Shown: one piece after another, positions 38,603-49,400 of the stretch | Layout of the letters: each line of letters opens with the position of its first letter | Numbering within the stretch: position 1 is the first letter of the stretch | Virus record (IMG/VR): IMGVR_UViG_3300036770_006893 | Span: 62,001 to 126,000 of that record | Reading direction: 5' to 3' (one strand) | DNA length: 64,000 bases | Program-made: the position numbers and the translations under genes | The notes under the pieces: generated by a model | Database searches by the model: none | The model's input: only the letters and a program-made list of their open reading frames with translations | Told to the model about the DNA's origin: nothing

Positions 38603-39126
38603 CCAGTAGATTCAAAATCAAGAGAGACATAGTAACCACAAACGCCCCTCATCCTGACCAACTACAGATTGGAGAACTAGCACTTAATGCGGTTACGGGT
38701 AAACTATATACCAAATTAGTTAATGGTAAAATTATTGAATATGTTGGACAGCTAATATGCTATGAACAGACACCGTCCATATCTTTTAGCGACGTGGCTG
38801 GATTTTGCTGTTTCGGTGACCTACTTACTGTCACCGTAAGAGATCTTAAGCCTGCGCCAACATCTTATATTTTTGAAATAGAAGACTTAAGTAATAATAC
38901 TGTTAACTATAGTATTAGTGCCGCAATATATAGCGATTATACGACCTATCCAGACTCTATTGTGGCCGATTTGGCTCCAACACCGATAAATCTAAGACAG
39001 GCCATAGTTCCTATAACACTAAACATACAAGGACAAAAAAATTTGACCGTACTAAAATTTAAAGTTGTTTCTGATAATAATATCGTTGCTGAAAGAACTT
39101 TGACAATAGCCTGTAAGGAATGCTGA
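38599..39126 (+). CDS. Tail-associated protein with Mtd_N/hyaluronidase-like N-terminal motif
   Basis: ATG at 38599 overlaps the upstream TGA. FKIKR...PDQLQIGELALNAVTGKLYTK is the typical fibre N-terminal GELAxN motif; ends in a CKEC motif. Confidence 0.6.
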   Translation: MTSRFKIKRDIVTTNAPHPDQLQIGELALNAVTGKLYTKLVNGKIIEYVGQLICYEQTPSISFSDVAGFCCFGDLLTVTVRDLKPAPTSYIFEIEDLSNNTVNYSISAAIYSDYTTYPDSIVADLAPTPINLRQAIVPITLNIQGQKNLTVLKFKVVSDNNIVAERTLTIACKEC

Positions 39127-39128
39127 TT

Positions 39129-40397
39129 ATGTTTGAAACAATGAGGCTAAATAATAAAAATTGTGAATGCGGAATACCTTTAGGGTTCACTGAGGTAAGA
39201 CCAGCTAAGACCAAACTAGGAGATCTTATAAGCGTACAGGTTAACAATTTTGTTGTCACATTCACAACCCTAGTTGATCATACAATAAAAGCTGGCGATT
39301 TAATAGAAATTGTTTCGGGTGGTACACTAGACTCTGTTTTTGTTGGAAGACATACTATAACAGCCGTTGGTTCTCTTAATCAAAATGCGGCAAATACTTT
39401 TTCCTTTGGGTTAAGAACTCCTGATGTTACAACCACAGAGGTATCCGGTTATGTATATACGGTCCCAAATATAGAGAATAGTGATTCATATGTGATTAAT
39501 TTTACAAAAGAATTATCTATACCAGACAATTCGGATGTTGTTATTACTCCTGAGTCTTATACAATTCAAGGAGGTAATAATTTTATACCGACTACTAGCG
39601 TTAGAATTAGTTCTCTCTATACAACCTCTAGTAAAACAATTATTAAACTTTCTATTACTAATAGTTTTGGCAAGGTCCTATTCACTGAATATAAACAAAT
39701 TGTTTGCTCAAGATCCGCAGACTCTCCATGCGAAATAATTGCTCAAAAGCCTATAGTACCTTCTTTTATTTATCTAAACAGACAAAATAATTGGACATAT
39801 AAAAATAATGGGTTTTTGATTGCGCAATTTATTCCAGATAAAAATCTAAATGGCTATGAGAATATTAAAATTAGGTTGCCTAAACCAGCAGATGGCATAT
39901 TACCAAGTAATACTAACTTTGATAGATTAATTTTTACATATGATCCACTATTAGGTCAAAGCAAAGGTATCTCTAAAGGACAGGTTAAAACAGTAATTTT
40001 AGAAAATCCAATAAGTGCATCTTTACAAAAAAATATTTCTATAGATGAAAAATTTAATAGATTTATCGTATCTTTTTCTGGTATGTCGGTTCAACAATTA
40101 GAAAACCTACAAATAGAATCACTTTCACCAGGAGAGACTCAGACCAATAGGATAACACTTAAAGATGTAGGAGAGGTAGCGCTCTATATCTCTGAACCAC
40201 AAAGCATACCATCTATTATGTTTTTATCTTGGTCCGATACTAATCAAGTAGGCTATTTTTTTGGACAGCTACTATATGATTATCATGTTCTTAATAATAG
40301 CGATATTGTTGTAACTTTTAAAAATAATAATATAGAATATAGAATATCTCCTTTCGTAACCGTCGAGGACTTGTTTAATTATGATTATTCAGGCTAA
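39129..40397 (+). CDS. Hypothetical tail-associated protein
   Basis: ATG at 39129 just after the upstream stop; beta-rich; in the structural cluster. Confidence 0.55.
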   Translation: MFETMRLNNKNCECGIPLGFTEVRPAKTKLGDLISVQVNNFVVTFTTLVDHTIKAGDLIEIVSGGTLDSVFVGRHTITAVGSLNQNAANTFSFGLRTPDVTTTEVSGYVYTVPNIENSDSYVINFTKELSIPDNSDVVITPESYTIQGGNNFIPTTSVRISSLYTTSSKTIIKLSITNSFGKVLFTEYKQIVCSRSADSPCEIIAQKPIVPSFIYLNRQNNWTYKNNGFLIAQFIPDKNLNGYENIKIRLPKPADGILPSNTNFDRLIFTYDPLLGQSKGISKGQVKTVILENPISASLQKNISIDEKFNRFIVSFSGMSVQQLENLQIESLSPGETQTNRITLKDVGEVALYISEPQSIPSIMFLSWSDTNQVGYFFGQLLYDYHVLNNSDIVVTFKNNNIEYRISPFVTVEDLFNYDYSG

Positions 40398-42129
40398 TAG
40401 TAGCGTTTTAACCTACAAAAGTAGTCAGGTTCTGGACCTTATGCATCCGCCTTCTCCGGACTCGGATAGGCAACTATACTATGATTATAATGCATTTATT
40501 AGTGCTATAGATGCCATATACGCAACTCAAAATAAAGACGGTCACATACCGGTTTTCAGAACAGTATCAAGCTCATCTGATCCGGATATGCTGATACCCG
40601 ACTCTAACAGTACTCTTAAGTTCCTAATTCCTGGGCAATCTTATTTGTTTATTATAAACTCAGACTCTCACCTTCCTTTAAGAATACCAAATCCCATAGG
40701 ATTAAAAGATTTTGTATCTTACGCACCAGAAAACACAACCTATAATGACGACAGCTGCTGTCCAGTTCTTAGCTCTGAAGAAGTAGTAGTTAATTTAACA
40801 CCAGAAAGTGGCACATTTCATAGAATCAGAGCAGATATTCAAAATGCAATAAGTAATGAAATATATAGCTACTCTATATCCCCAGTATATTCAAACTGGC
40901 CAGCTAAACTAAGTCCAACTAGCGGAGAAATAGTCTTAGCTTCAACAGCAAATGATCTTGGTAAAACTAGTGGACATTTAGAAGCAGTTTTTTCATACTA
41001 TCCGTCACTAACGCACGACCTATCTGCGTCAATTCCATACTCCCTCAATAAAGTAGTTGACTCTAATTATTATACAGAAAATATATTTAGCATAATAAAT
41101 TTGAGCATTTTTAATAGTAAATGCAGTGTCTATGACAAAAATTTGATCCTGTCTTGTTCCTCATGTATAGATCCGCATAACTGTCCAACTGTGGAAATGA
41201 TTGCTAGTGGCAACAAAGACAACAATACCAAATATATAATTACTACAGTTAAAAATCTTCCAGATAATAGTAGATTTATGTATAACTTTTCTACCGATTC
41301 GTCTAATTGCACAGCAAATATAACTCCTCTTTCTGGTATTATAGATAGTCGTAACGCTAGCTATGCTATGACACCTTTTAATGCAAATGATTCTGCAGAA
41401 TCAGAATCGGTTATGACCAAGCCATCAATAACCATATATAGTGTTTTTGAACATAGGGATAGCCTAGCGTCAGTTGGTAATTTGTTACCAACTTCCAGCA
41501 TTGTGGCAGACCCAGCAGTTGATACTGACCTATATACCAATTTAATTTTTTCTCTGTATCCTATAGGAAATAATTATTGTAATCCCGTATATAAAAAAAT
41601 GCTACTTGAATGTGAGAAGTGTTTTCCTTCTACAGATTTTAAAACAACCATAAAATTTGATAATCCTGAATATAGAACCACTTTCAGCTCTTTACTTGGC
41701 CCTGGATTTAGATATCCTTCGCTATTTGATGACGGGGTCATTTCTACCTTCAATGGATTGGGTATTACTAGCGATAAAGCAGCTAGCATAAATCGTAGGC
41801 CAAATTGGGAACATAATGCCTATAATAGTGGCTTAGGAGAAGAATGTTGCAGTAAACCTATTAATATTAGTTTACAGATTACAGATGCTGTTTCTGGCGA
41901 GCCATATAGTTATGATTTTTACTCATATCCAGATATAACCATTATTCCCAGAAGCGGCAACTTAAGCTTCGACGAAGGATCTGGTAGTATATCGGTTCTT
42001 GCTTATCTGGACGGTCAAAGAAGCTCGGCGGTTCATGTCGTATTGAATCATAAAAAATCAAATCAAAAAGCTTTTGATGGTACTGTTATCAGATGTCCGG
42101 AGTCTTGGATAGTAGAAGAAGACGTATAA
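40381..42129 (+). CDS. Hypothetical Cys-rich tail-associated protein with three repeated beta modules
   Basis: Three YSY..(L/I)xPxSGxI modules, each bracketed by CC/CP and CxxC motifs. Confidence 0.55.
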   Translation: MIIQANSSVLTYKSSQVLDLMHPPSPDSDRQLYYDYNAFISAIDAIYATQNKDGHIPVFRTVSSSSDPDMLIPDSNSTLKFLIPGQSYLFIINSDSHLPLRIPNPIGLKDFVSYAPENTTYNDDSCCPVLSSEEVVVNLTPESGTFHRIRADIQNAISNEIYSYSISPVYSNWPAKLSPTSGEIVLASTANDLGKTSGHLEAVFSYYPSLTHDLSASIPYSLNKVVDSNYYTENIFSIINLSIFNSKCSVYDKNLILSCSSCIDPHNCPTVEMIASGNKDNNTKYIITTVKNLPDNSRFMYNFSTDSSNCTANITPLSGIIDSRNASYAMTPFNANDSAESESVMTKPSITIYSVFEHRDSLASVGNLLPTSSIVADPAVDTDLYTNLIFSLYPIGNNYCNPVYKKMLLECEKCFPSTDFKTTIKFDNPEYRTTFSSLLGPGFRYPSLFDDGVISTFNGLGITSDKAASINRRPNWEHNAYNSGLGEECCSKPINISLQITDAVSGEPYSYDFYSYPDITIIPRSGNLSFDEGSGSISVLAYLDGQRSSAVHVVLNHKKSNQKAFDGTVIRCPESWIVEEDV

Positions 42130-42160
42130 TATATTTAATAATTATGTAAAGTATATAACT

Positions 42161-42853
42161 ATGAGAATAATTTTTTCAAATTTTGCCGATAGAATTGTTA
42201 AATTGTGCTGCTCCAAATCTAATAATCCAGACCTTCCTCCAGAATGTCTGGAAGATGTTTTTCCCTCGCCTAGTCCCTCCCCAACTCCATCTGTGACGCC
42301 ATCAATCACTCTATCTATTACGCCGTCCATGACACTATCCGTCACGCCTTCTATGACGCCTACGCCATCACCTACCCCAAATGTTGTGTTGCCACCAACG
42401 TCCTATGTTTGCGATCCTTCTGATAATTTTTGCTTTTCTGCACTAGAGCCACTTAACTGTGGCTGTGTATTTAATGCTCCTGAGGTCTATGTTTCTGGAG
42501 AACAGTCCGGTTCGATATGGCGAAGAGTTTCAGTTTCATATAATGGCCCAGATGGTCAGTGCGACAATAATGGTGACTGCTCTATGATCGTCATCCGTGG
42601 TTCTGTGTCAATTAGATATCCTGGTTCTCCGCTATCAAATTGGATCATAGGCGAAAAGGTAGATATGGTATTAGGATACGCTCCCAGCTTTATAAATACG
42701 TTTGGATATATATGTGGCACAACACTAATATCTTCAAACGAGGGTGTATACGAAGGCATAGTCCTTAGGTGTACGCCACCCGCCCAACCTCCTGATCAGC
42801 CAGATCCTCCAGACACATCTAATTTAAGCGTAGTATTTATGAGGGCATTATGA
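42161..42853 (+). CDS. Hypothetical protein with Ser/Pro/Thr (TPS) low-complexity linker
   Basis: SPSPSPTPSVTPSITLSITPSMTLSVTPSMTPTPSPTP tract; Cys-rich flanks. Confidence 0.6.
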   Translation: MRIIFSNFADRIVKLCCSKSNNPDLPPECLEDVFPSPSPSPTPSVTPSITLSITPSMTLSVTPSMTPTPSPTPNVVLPPTSYVCDPSDNFCFSALEPLNCGCVFNAPEVYVSGEQSGSIWRRVSVSYNGPDGQCDNNGDCSMIVIRGSVSIRYPGSPLSNWIIGEKVDMVLGYAPSFINTFGYICGTTLISSNEGVYEGIVLRCTPPAQPPDQPDPPDTSNLSVVFMRAL

Positions 42854-44286
42854 ACATAGTCAATAAAGCTATCCAACAGCTTGGGTTCGGTATAGATGCG
42901 TCGATAAATTCCGTTATGCTTGGATATAAGTATATTGGCGGTATTAAGACTAATAATTTATCTATAGTTTTTAATGTCGATAATAAAAAACCTATTTCGG
43001 AACTGGATCCATCGGAAGTGATTCCACAACAAATTACTATCGATAATGAATTATATATAACGGATGTTATAGAAGACAACTCTCCTATTAAAGCTCTTAC
43101 TTGCTATACTGATTTTGTAAACGAACCCGAGATACTCAAGCTTCAGGGCAATCCCACACTATCAATACCTATTAAGGGAGGTCAAGAAATTGTTCAATTT
43201 CCGACCAAATGGACTCCTTCAGGGGGGTCGTATTCTATTGCTGTTGGCACACTAGGGTTTATGGCTGTTGATAATGAAGATAATCGGCCTGTAGGAGTTA
43301 CTAATGCTCATGTTGCATGTTTTTCGTACCTATTTAACTCTCTAAGAATAGAAAATAGCGACGCTATATCTAATCCATACAATTTATATGAGCCTATAAA
43401 CTGGATTGTTGATAATAATTCATATCCAGCAGGATTAACCGCTAGAAACGGAACCAATATCTTAGCTCCAGCTGACCGACTTGCCACGCGAATCAAGAAA
43501 TATTACCCCATATATAATACAAACATTAATCTTTTAAATTATGTGGATGTTGCTTTGGTTCACCTAAATGGCTCTTATCTTAACAGCAGTTCTTATATGA
43601 TACATTTGCCTCAAGGTGTTCCGGATGTTGGATTCATGACTTTTGCAACAACAGAGGAAATAGATGGTCTGCTGAGCGCTTCACCAAAACCCCCTATATA
43701 TAGCACTGGTCGAACCACGGGTCCTAAGGGATGGGGTTCAACATCCTCGTGTAAACTAGAAATAGACGGATTATTTGTTAGGGTTAACATAATGTTCCAA
43801 GATAGAGATAGGGTTATGGCTGCGCAATACGACGATATTATTAGATTTAGATACGAAGACTACAGTAATTTCCCAATTGCTCCAGGAGATTCAGGCTCGG
43901 CTGTTTTTGCTAATATAGGAGGTCAGTATAAAATAATTGGTCTAGCATTTGCTGGTAATTCTGGTAGTTTAACTAATCCTTCTACGAGTACGCATTACGG
44001 CTATGCTTGCAGAATAGACCGAATAGCCCAATTAATGAATATTAGACCTTGGGATATTTCTTATAATCCAAATTTTAGTGAATTAAATACTACTAATTTT
44101 GAGGTGTACTCAAGACCATTTATAGATGGTGGTGTAAATGATATTAGTGCTACAGTCAATAACAATACTTATTTTAATGTTGGCTTAGCAAATACTAGTA
44201 ATTTTGTGTTATCAAACCAATACAATACAAACACAGATATTACTAATATTAGGACCCTATCAATAGATATTTCTGATAGCATATAG
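42850..44286 (+). CDS. Trypsin-like (clan PA/S1) serine protease
   Basis: Complete triad: TNAH (His codon 43309), VDVAL (Asp 43546), PGDSGS (Ser 43891); also GTLG, GRTTG and IIGLAFAG motifs typical of Nal1-like S1 proteases. Confidence 0.9.
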   Translation: MNIVNKAIQQLGFGIDASINSVMLGYKYIGGIKTNNLSIVFNVDNKKPISELDPSEVIPQQITIDNELYITDVIEDNSPIKALTCYTDFVNEPEILKLQGNPTLSIPIKGGQEIVQFPTKWTPSGGSYSIAVGTLGFMAVDNEDNRPVGVTNAHVACFSYLFNSLRIENSDAISNPYNLYEPINWIVDNNSYPAGLTARNGTNILAPADRLATRIKKYYPIYNTNINLLNYVDVALVHLNGSYLNSSSYMIHLPQGVPDVGFMTFATTEEIDGLLSASPKPPIYSTGRTTGPKGWGSTSSCKLEIDGLFVRVNIMFQDRDRVMAAQYDDIIRFRYEDYSNFPIAPGDSGSAVFANIGGQYKIIGLAFAGNSGSLTNPSTSTHYGYACRIDRIAQLMNIRPWDISYNPNFSELNTTNFEVYSRPFIDGGVNDISATVNNNTYFNVGLANTSNFVLSNQYNTNTDITNIRTLSIDISDSI

Positions 44287-44304
44287 CTTATAGTAGGATA
44301 AAAT

Positions 44305-46440
44305 ATGACAATAAATAATGATCCAAATATATTTTTTGGAGCTCAAAACAATGGTGGTACGCGACTTGCTCCTCCTGTGCCTGTTAGTGTTTTCTGGGGA
44401 GACGCTAAGATATCCGATATTACTGGCCCAACTCCATTTGTGGATATTAGTAACAGAATAAACTTATCATCTAATGGCACACCAGAATCTGTAACTTCAA
44501 CCATCACACTTACTGGTAAAATTCTTAGAGCTACTGATTTTGAGTGGGAGAATCCAGAAGAGGGTCAAGACAGAAGTGTTTCAGATAACAAAGGTATTTC
44601 TGGCACTCTAGAAGCTGTTCAGGGACTAGAGAAACTTTTTAAAAAATGTCCTATTAATGACTTTAAAATAAAATGCTCTAATCCAGACGTAGAAATGTAT
44701 GTGGCTTCTGGAGCAAGACTTGTGGATCTTTCTTTTTCTAGAACAGAAAATAATTGGGGTAAAACCGTTGATTTTACAATATCTTTAGAAAAAACATCTT
44801 CGGTAGATGATGATCCAACAGAAAATGTTACTGAGCGATCTGAAACGTGGTCAATAGAGCCTCTTGATGAAACGGTATATGCTAAATTTATTACCAAGTC
44901 TAATTTGAGGAGTGAGTGGTCCAACCCGAATATGAAGCCAGTAGCACCTAGCATAAATAACACAGTACCACCAGGAGCTGTTGGTGCTCAAGGCGCAGGA
45001 TCTATGGATTTACAGATCTTATCTGTTCCTCAATTTAGAATAACAAGAAGATTATCCGCAAAAGGCATTTCACCTCCAATTACTCCAAAATGTGAATGCA
45101 CAACAAATCTTGATGGTTCAACAACATGCACAGAGCCAAATCCAAATATTAAGCCATCCAAGCCGGGTGATGGCTCGTGGCTATCTGCTAAGTTATGGGT
45201 CGATCAAAAACTAAACGATTTATTTAGTAATAGTCGTCCAACAGGATTACTTCCGTATTTTACAATTCGTAGACCAACAAGCCCAGATATGTTTGGTCCT
45301 TTTCCAAGTACGTACTTATATGACCATAATAGGTCTATTAATATAGATATCAGTAACGGAACATACGAAGCTACGGATACATGGCTAGCTATGCCAACAG
45401 GAATGCCGTATATAGAGACTTATACAGTTGAAACATCAACTAGTTTAGAGATGATAAAAACTGTTAGGGTGGCTGGTAGTGTACAAGGATTGAGTATTGG
45501 TAATATAGATATCATGGACGGCGGAACTACTGTTGCAGGCGCAGCCATATTTCCAACAGGAATGTCGCCAACTGGTAATACGCCCCCAGGCGAAGGGTTA
45601 ACTTTTCCTCCACAACCTGGTATTAATTTGGGATACAGTTTACGAGACGCAATGAGCGGAAGCATAAGAGCATATAATTTGCCAGATGTTGGTAGCAACA
45701 TTATGAGCGCTAATACTCAAATGTATAGCAGTAAATATATAAACGCTTTGAGTGGATGGTTACATGATATTAAGCCGTATATGTACAGACGAGCTAGTAT
45801 GGCCATGAATAGCGCAGATAGAAAACAGCCGTACGTACCAGCCTATGAAACCAATCCTCCTAAGGTTCCTGAAAATCCTATTTACGCAACAGAGTCTTTA
45901 TTAAGTGTTATACCAGTATCAACAACAGAGGGTCATGATCCTAAAAAAGGAACAATATCGTTTACTTATGAGTATAATAATAAATTTAATGTAATTAGTG
46001 GTGTTATTAGTGAAAATATCACCATAACCAATGATGGCCCAGCAGATACTATAGCCGAAACCCAGGTTCCAGGCAGAGAATTGGGCCCAATTATGACCAA
46101 AACTGGCACAACGGCCACTAAAAAAACAATTAATATAGAGGTAGTAGTTATGACTCCAACAGGAGTAGAAGGATTTTTTGTAAATAATCCATCTTGCCCA
46201 TTATATACTGGTGGTTATATATATACTACGATTAATAAATTGATTGAGGGATACAAGCCGTTCGGAATAGCACAGGATGTTGCTTTATTTGGAAGATATG
46301 CTCAATCTAAAAATCAATTTGGCCAAGCATATAAAACTTCCGATCAAGATACTTGGACGCCAACACAAGGAAGATATAATAGGACCGTTAGTTGGATATA
46401 CCAGCAATGCTCTAATCAGCGGTTTTATTTGGATCATTAA
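44305..46440 (+). CDS. Probable tail-tip/baseplate structural protein
   Basis: 711 aa, beta-strand rich (TITLTGKI, VDFTISLE, ISFTYEY, YNRTVSW); downstream of the TMP; AGGATAA RBS. Confidence 0.5.
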   Translation: MTINNDPNIFFGAQNNGGTRLAPPVPVSVFWGDAKISDITGPTPFVDISNRINLSSNGTPESVTSTITLTGKILRATDFEWENPEEGQDRSVSDNKGISGTLEAVQGLEKLFKKCPINDFKIKCSNPDVEMYVASGARLVDLSFSRTENNWGKTVDFTISLEKTSSVDDDPTENVTERSETWSIEPLDETVYAKFITKSNLRSEWSNPNMKPVAPSINNTVPPGAVGAQGAGSMDLQILSVPQFRITRRLSAKGISPPITPKCECTTNLDGSTTCTEPNPNIKPSKPGDGSWLSAKLWVDQKLNDLFSNSRPTGLLPYFTIRRPTSPDMFGPFPSTYLYDHNRSINIDISNGTYEATDTWLAMPTGMPYIETYTVETSTSLEMIKTVRVAGSVQGLSIGNIDIMDGGTTVAGAAIFPTGMSPTGNTPPGEGLTFPPQPGINLGYSLRDAMSGSIRAYNLPDVGSNIMSANTQMYSSKYINALSGWLHDIKPYMYRRASMAMNSADRKQPYVPAYETNPPKVPENPIYATESLLSVIPVSTTEGHDPKKGTISFTYEYNNKFNVISGVISENITITNDGPADTIAETQVPGRELGPIMTKTGTTATKKTINIEVVVMTPTGVEGFFVNNPSCPLYTGGYIYTTINKLIEGYKPFGIAQDVALFGRYAQSKNQFGQAYKTSDQDTWTPTQGRYNRTVSWIYQQCSNQRFYLDH

Positions 46441-46482
46441 TGACTAATTAGTACGCGCAATCATCACAGGAAATACTTTTAT

Positions 46483-49400
46483 ATGAGTAATACATGCCCA
46501 GGCGCTCAAAACAATTCTGATCAGGTTATTCAAACATTATTTCTTGGCGCATCAGTACTATCTTATAGTGTTAATATAGGGTGGGGAGGACAGCCATCAG
46601 TACTTAATGTGGAACTAATTAATGATGAACAGCCAGCAGCGTGTGAAGCAGACAATACGTCTCTTTTTCCTAACTCTAGTTTTGGACCAGACCATTATTA
46701 TACATGTGTTGGTGATGCTTGTTATATAGATGAGCGAGGTCGAACATATAGCCGCAATAACAGACCTCCGCCGCTTAAAAAGATGAGACCGGGCAAGTTA
46801 TATTTTTACTTCGAAAACGGCGAGATAAAATCTCAATATTGGAAAGATGGTGATCCGGGATTTTTTGGAGATTATACCTATATAAATAAAACGGGCGCCT
46901 ATACTAAAGACTTGGCGTCATCCTATGATATTATAGGCTCTCCTGTTGTTTTTGTATTAGATAGTTTTGTATTTGCTGGTATAGTTCAATCATGGGAAAA
47001 AAATCCTATAACTCGCACATACACCGTGACCATAGAAGGACCAGATAGTTTACTAGAAAATAGCTGGATAATTTTAAGAGATTATGGAGGATCTATTTTT
47101 TCGTCTACTGGAAGTTCTTTGGGTGCTCCGCTACCTTATATTGGACCATTAGCGCAAAATAATGGGAAAATAGCAGATGGAAATATTCATAATGTTTTTA
47201 ATGTATATGGATTTTTAGAATCTTTCGGAGTTGATTATTATGGAGGATCAAACGCTACCGAAGACGGAATACCATATTCATCGATTATCGACGCTTTATC
47301 TGTGCTAACTTCAATAGAGGGCAATCAAGCTGCTGCCGTTAACATATTGAATAATCTTAATAAAAGAGCATTTTCTCCATTTGGCAGAATTTTATCAAAA
47401 CCTATTGTTGATTTGGATTTGAGCGTAGCCACAATGGGAAATTTTGGTGTGGTGCCCAGTCAAGTCGATGATCTTAATATCAATCGAAGTTTTTATACGC
47501 TAGATTTATCAGAACTCCCAATCTTGGATAACTCATTTAGAATGTCTGGAGACGTAGTTAGTATCATGGACTTTATTCGTAGCTTAACTGCTGTATCGGG
47601 CAAAGATTTTTATACGCAGCTTCTGCCAGTATCAATCAACGGCATTTTGCATAATATAATTAAAGTAAAAGTTATTGATCGTAATATTAGACCAGCAGAT
47701 AATCAGATATCTTTAACCATTAATTCATTAAAAACAGCCGGATATAAAGTCAATGTAAATAGCCTAGGTAAAGAAAAATCCGATAGTAGTTCGTCCAAGA
47801 TTATGTATGTCGGAGCTAAACAAGAAAGATTATACCAGGCCAAAAACTATAGATTAGGATTTAGACAAACAGCATATGTATATGATCCAGCACTAAATAA
47901 ATTTGTGGATTTTGACTTTTTAAACGATTTAGGAAAAGTTAGATATCCTAGTCCATATTCTACTAGAAACACAGCGATATCTAGCTCGGTTAATGGTACT
48001 TTTGCCACAAATGTCTTTAATCAAATAGAAAACATACGCTTACGCATAGAAAGAGTAGTTCCAGAATCTATTGATAATATTTGGACTGACACAGAGGTTG
48101 GTGGAAGTGATCAGGTAAAACACTGGAATTATTCCCCATCTATAAGAGCAAATCTAGTTTTCAACAGACTGGACAAACAAAATCAAAGATATATCCCAAT
48201 TTATATGGATACCATTAGTCCATTTTTTGGCTATGTTATGGACGACCAAGCCAATGTTAACACAGGCAATGCCTCCAATAATTTTCGCAAAATTCGTCCA
48301 GTTTGGTTTGATAATTTAACAGGTCAGCTCGCAGTAGTTATTAAAACATCCGAACTTCCACCCATCACTTTGGGCTCTAGTTCTCTATTTAGAACAGCTA
48401 GTTTACAAACCATTCTTCCAAACGGGTCTGTGCTAATTACAGAAACAGAAATTCGAGCAGCTATGAGTGGTTTCGATTCTTACTTTACTTATTGTGATGC
48501 TAAGGCCGTTGCTAATAAGCCGCAACTATATCTAATGCTGTTAAGCGCATATTACCATGCTAACCCTGCTTTTGCCAATAATAGGGGCGGAGGCGTTGGT
48601 TGGGCCAGAGGCACCAACGGGTCAATTATTCCTTTTTTACCGCCAGAAAATATATTTGCCGAAGCAAACGTCGCTAATAATTTAGGATTACCGGGTAATC
48701 CACAATCCGCACCGACCTCTATTGGATGGTCAGCTTTAATTGATGATAATTTTATTAAAGACTTGATGACAATTTGTCAATTTATAGCTAATATTGGTAA
48801 TAGCTTTTATGGTAAAAAATACATGGTTAGAATAGGAGGAATTAATTCATACAGAGATACCACGGCTTATCTAAACGGATCTACTCCGTATATCATCAAT
48901 GCTTCTACTTATTTGCCTAACAGTACTGAGCAAATAGCGGTATTTCAAGGTGGTGGAAAAATATACTTTAGCTCAGAGCCATGTGATAGCGCGTGGGAAG
49001 AGCCGGGAAATATAATTGATGATAGTTTTGTGGTTGGTGGCGCAGCATGGTATAACCTGATTAATGAACAAGGTAAAATTCCGCCGCTTTTAGGATATAA
49101 TGCTAGCGACAATTACGACTCAGAAGCTATGAGGCTTTGTTTAATTAGTAAAATAATGCCCGGCGGAGTATCCCGTACTACTAATGCTAATATTGCTCAA
49201 TCCGCTCTATCTTCTCTAGACCCTAGTGCCAGTATGCCAAGAACATTGGGTTATAACTATAGTAATTTTACTTATTTAGGATCTTTCGCTAATCAGTCTA
49301 CCGCTCTGAAAACAGATACTAGTTACGGAAATATGGTTAGATTTTTTCTCACTGCTGGTACAGGATCTTGCTCTAAAGATAAGTTTATTTATCCTTCGAT

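Noticed and set aside
35158-39126. Diversity-generating retroelement (an FGE/CLec fold next to an Mtd_N-like gene is typical of DGR targets)
   Set aside because: No reverse transcriptase in the window and no near-identical template repeat of the GGSW...GFR region noticed. A TR/RT elsewhere in the genome cannot be excluded.
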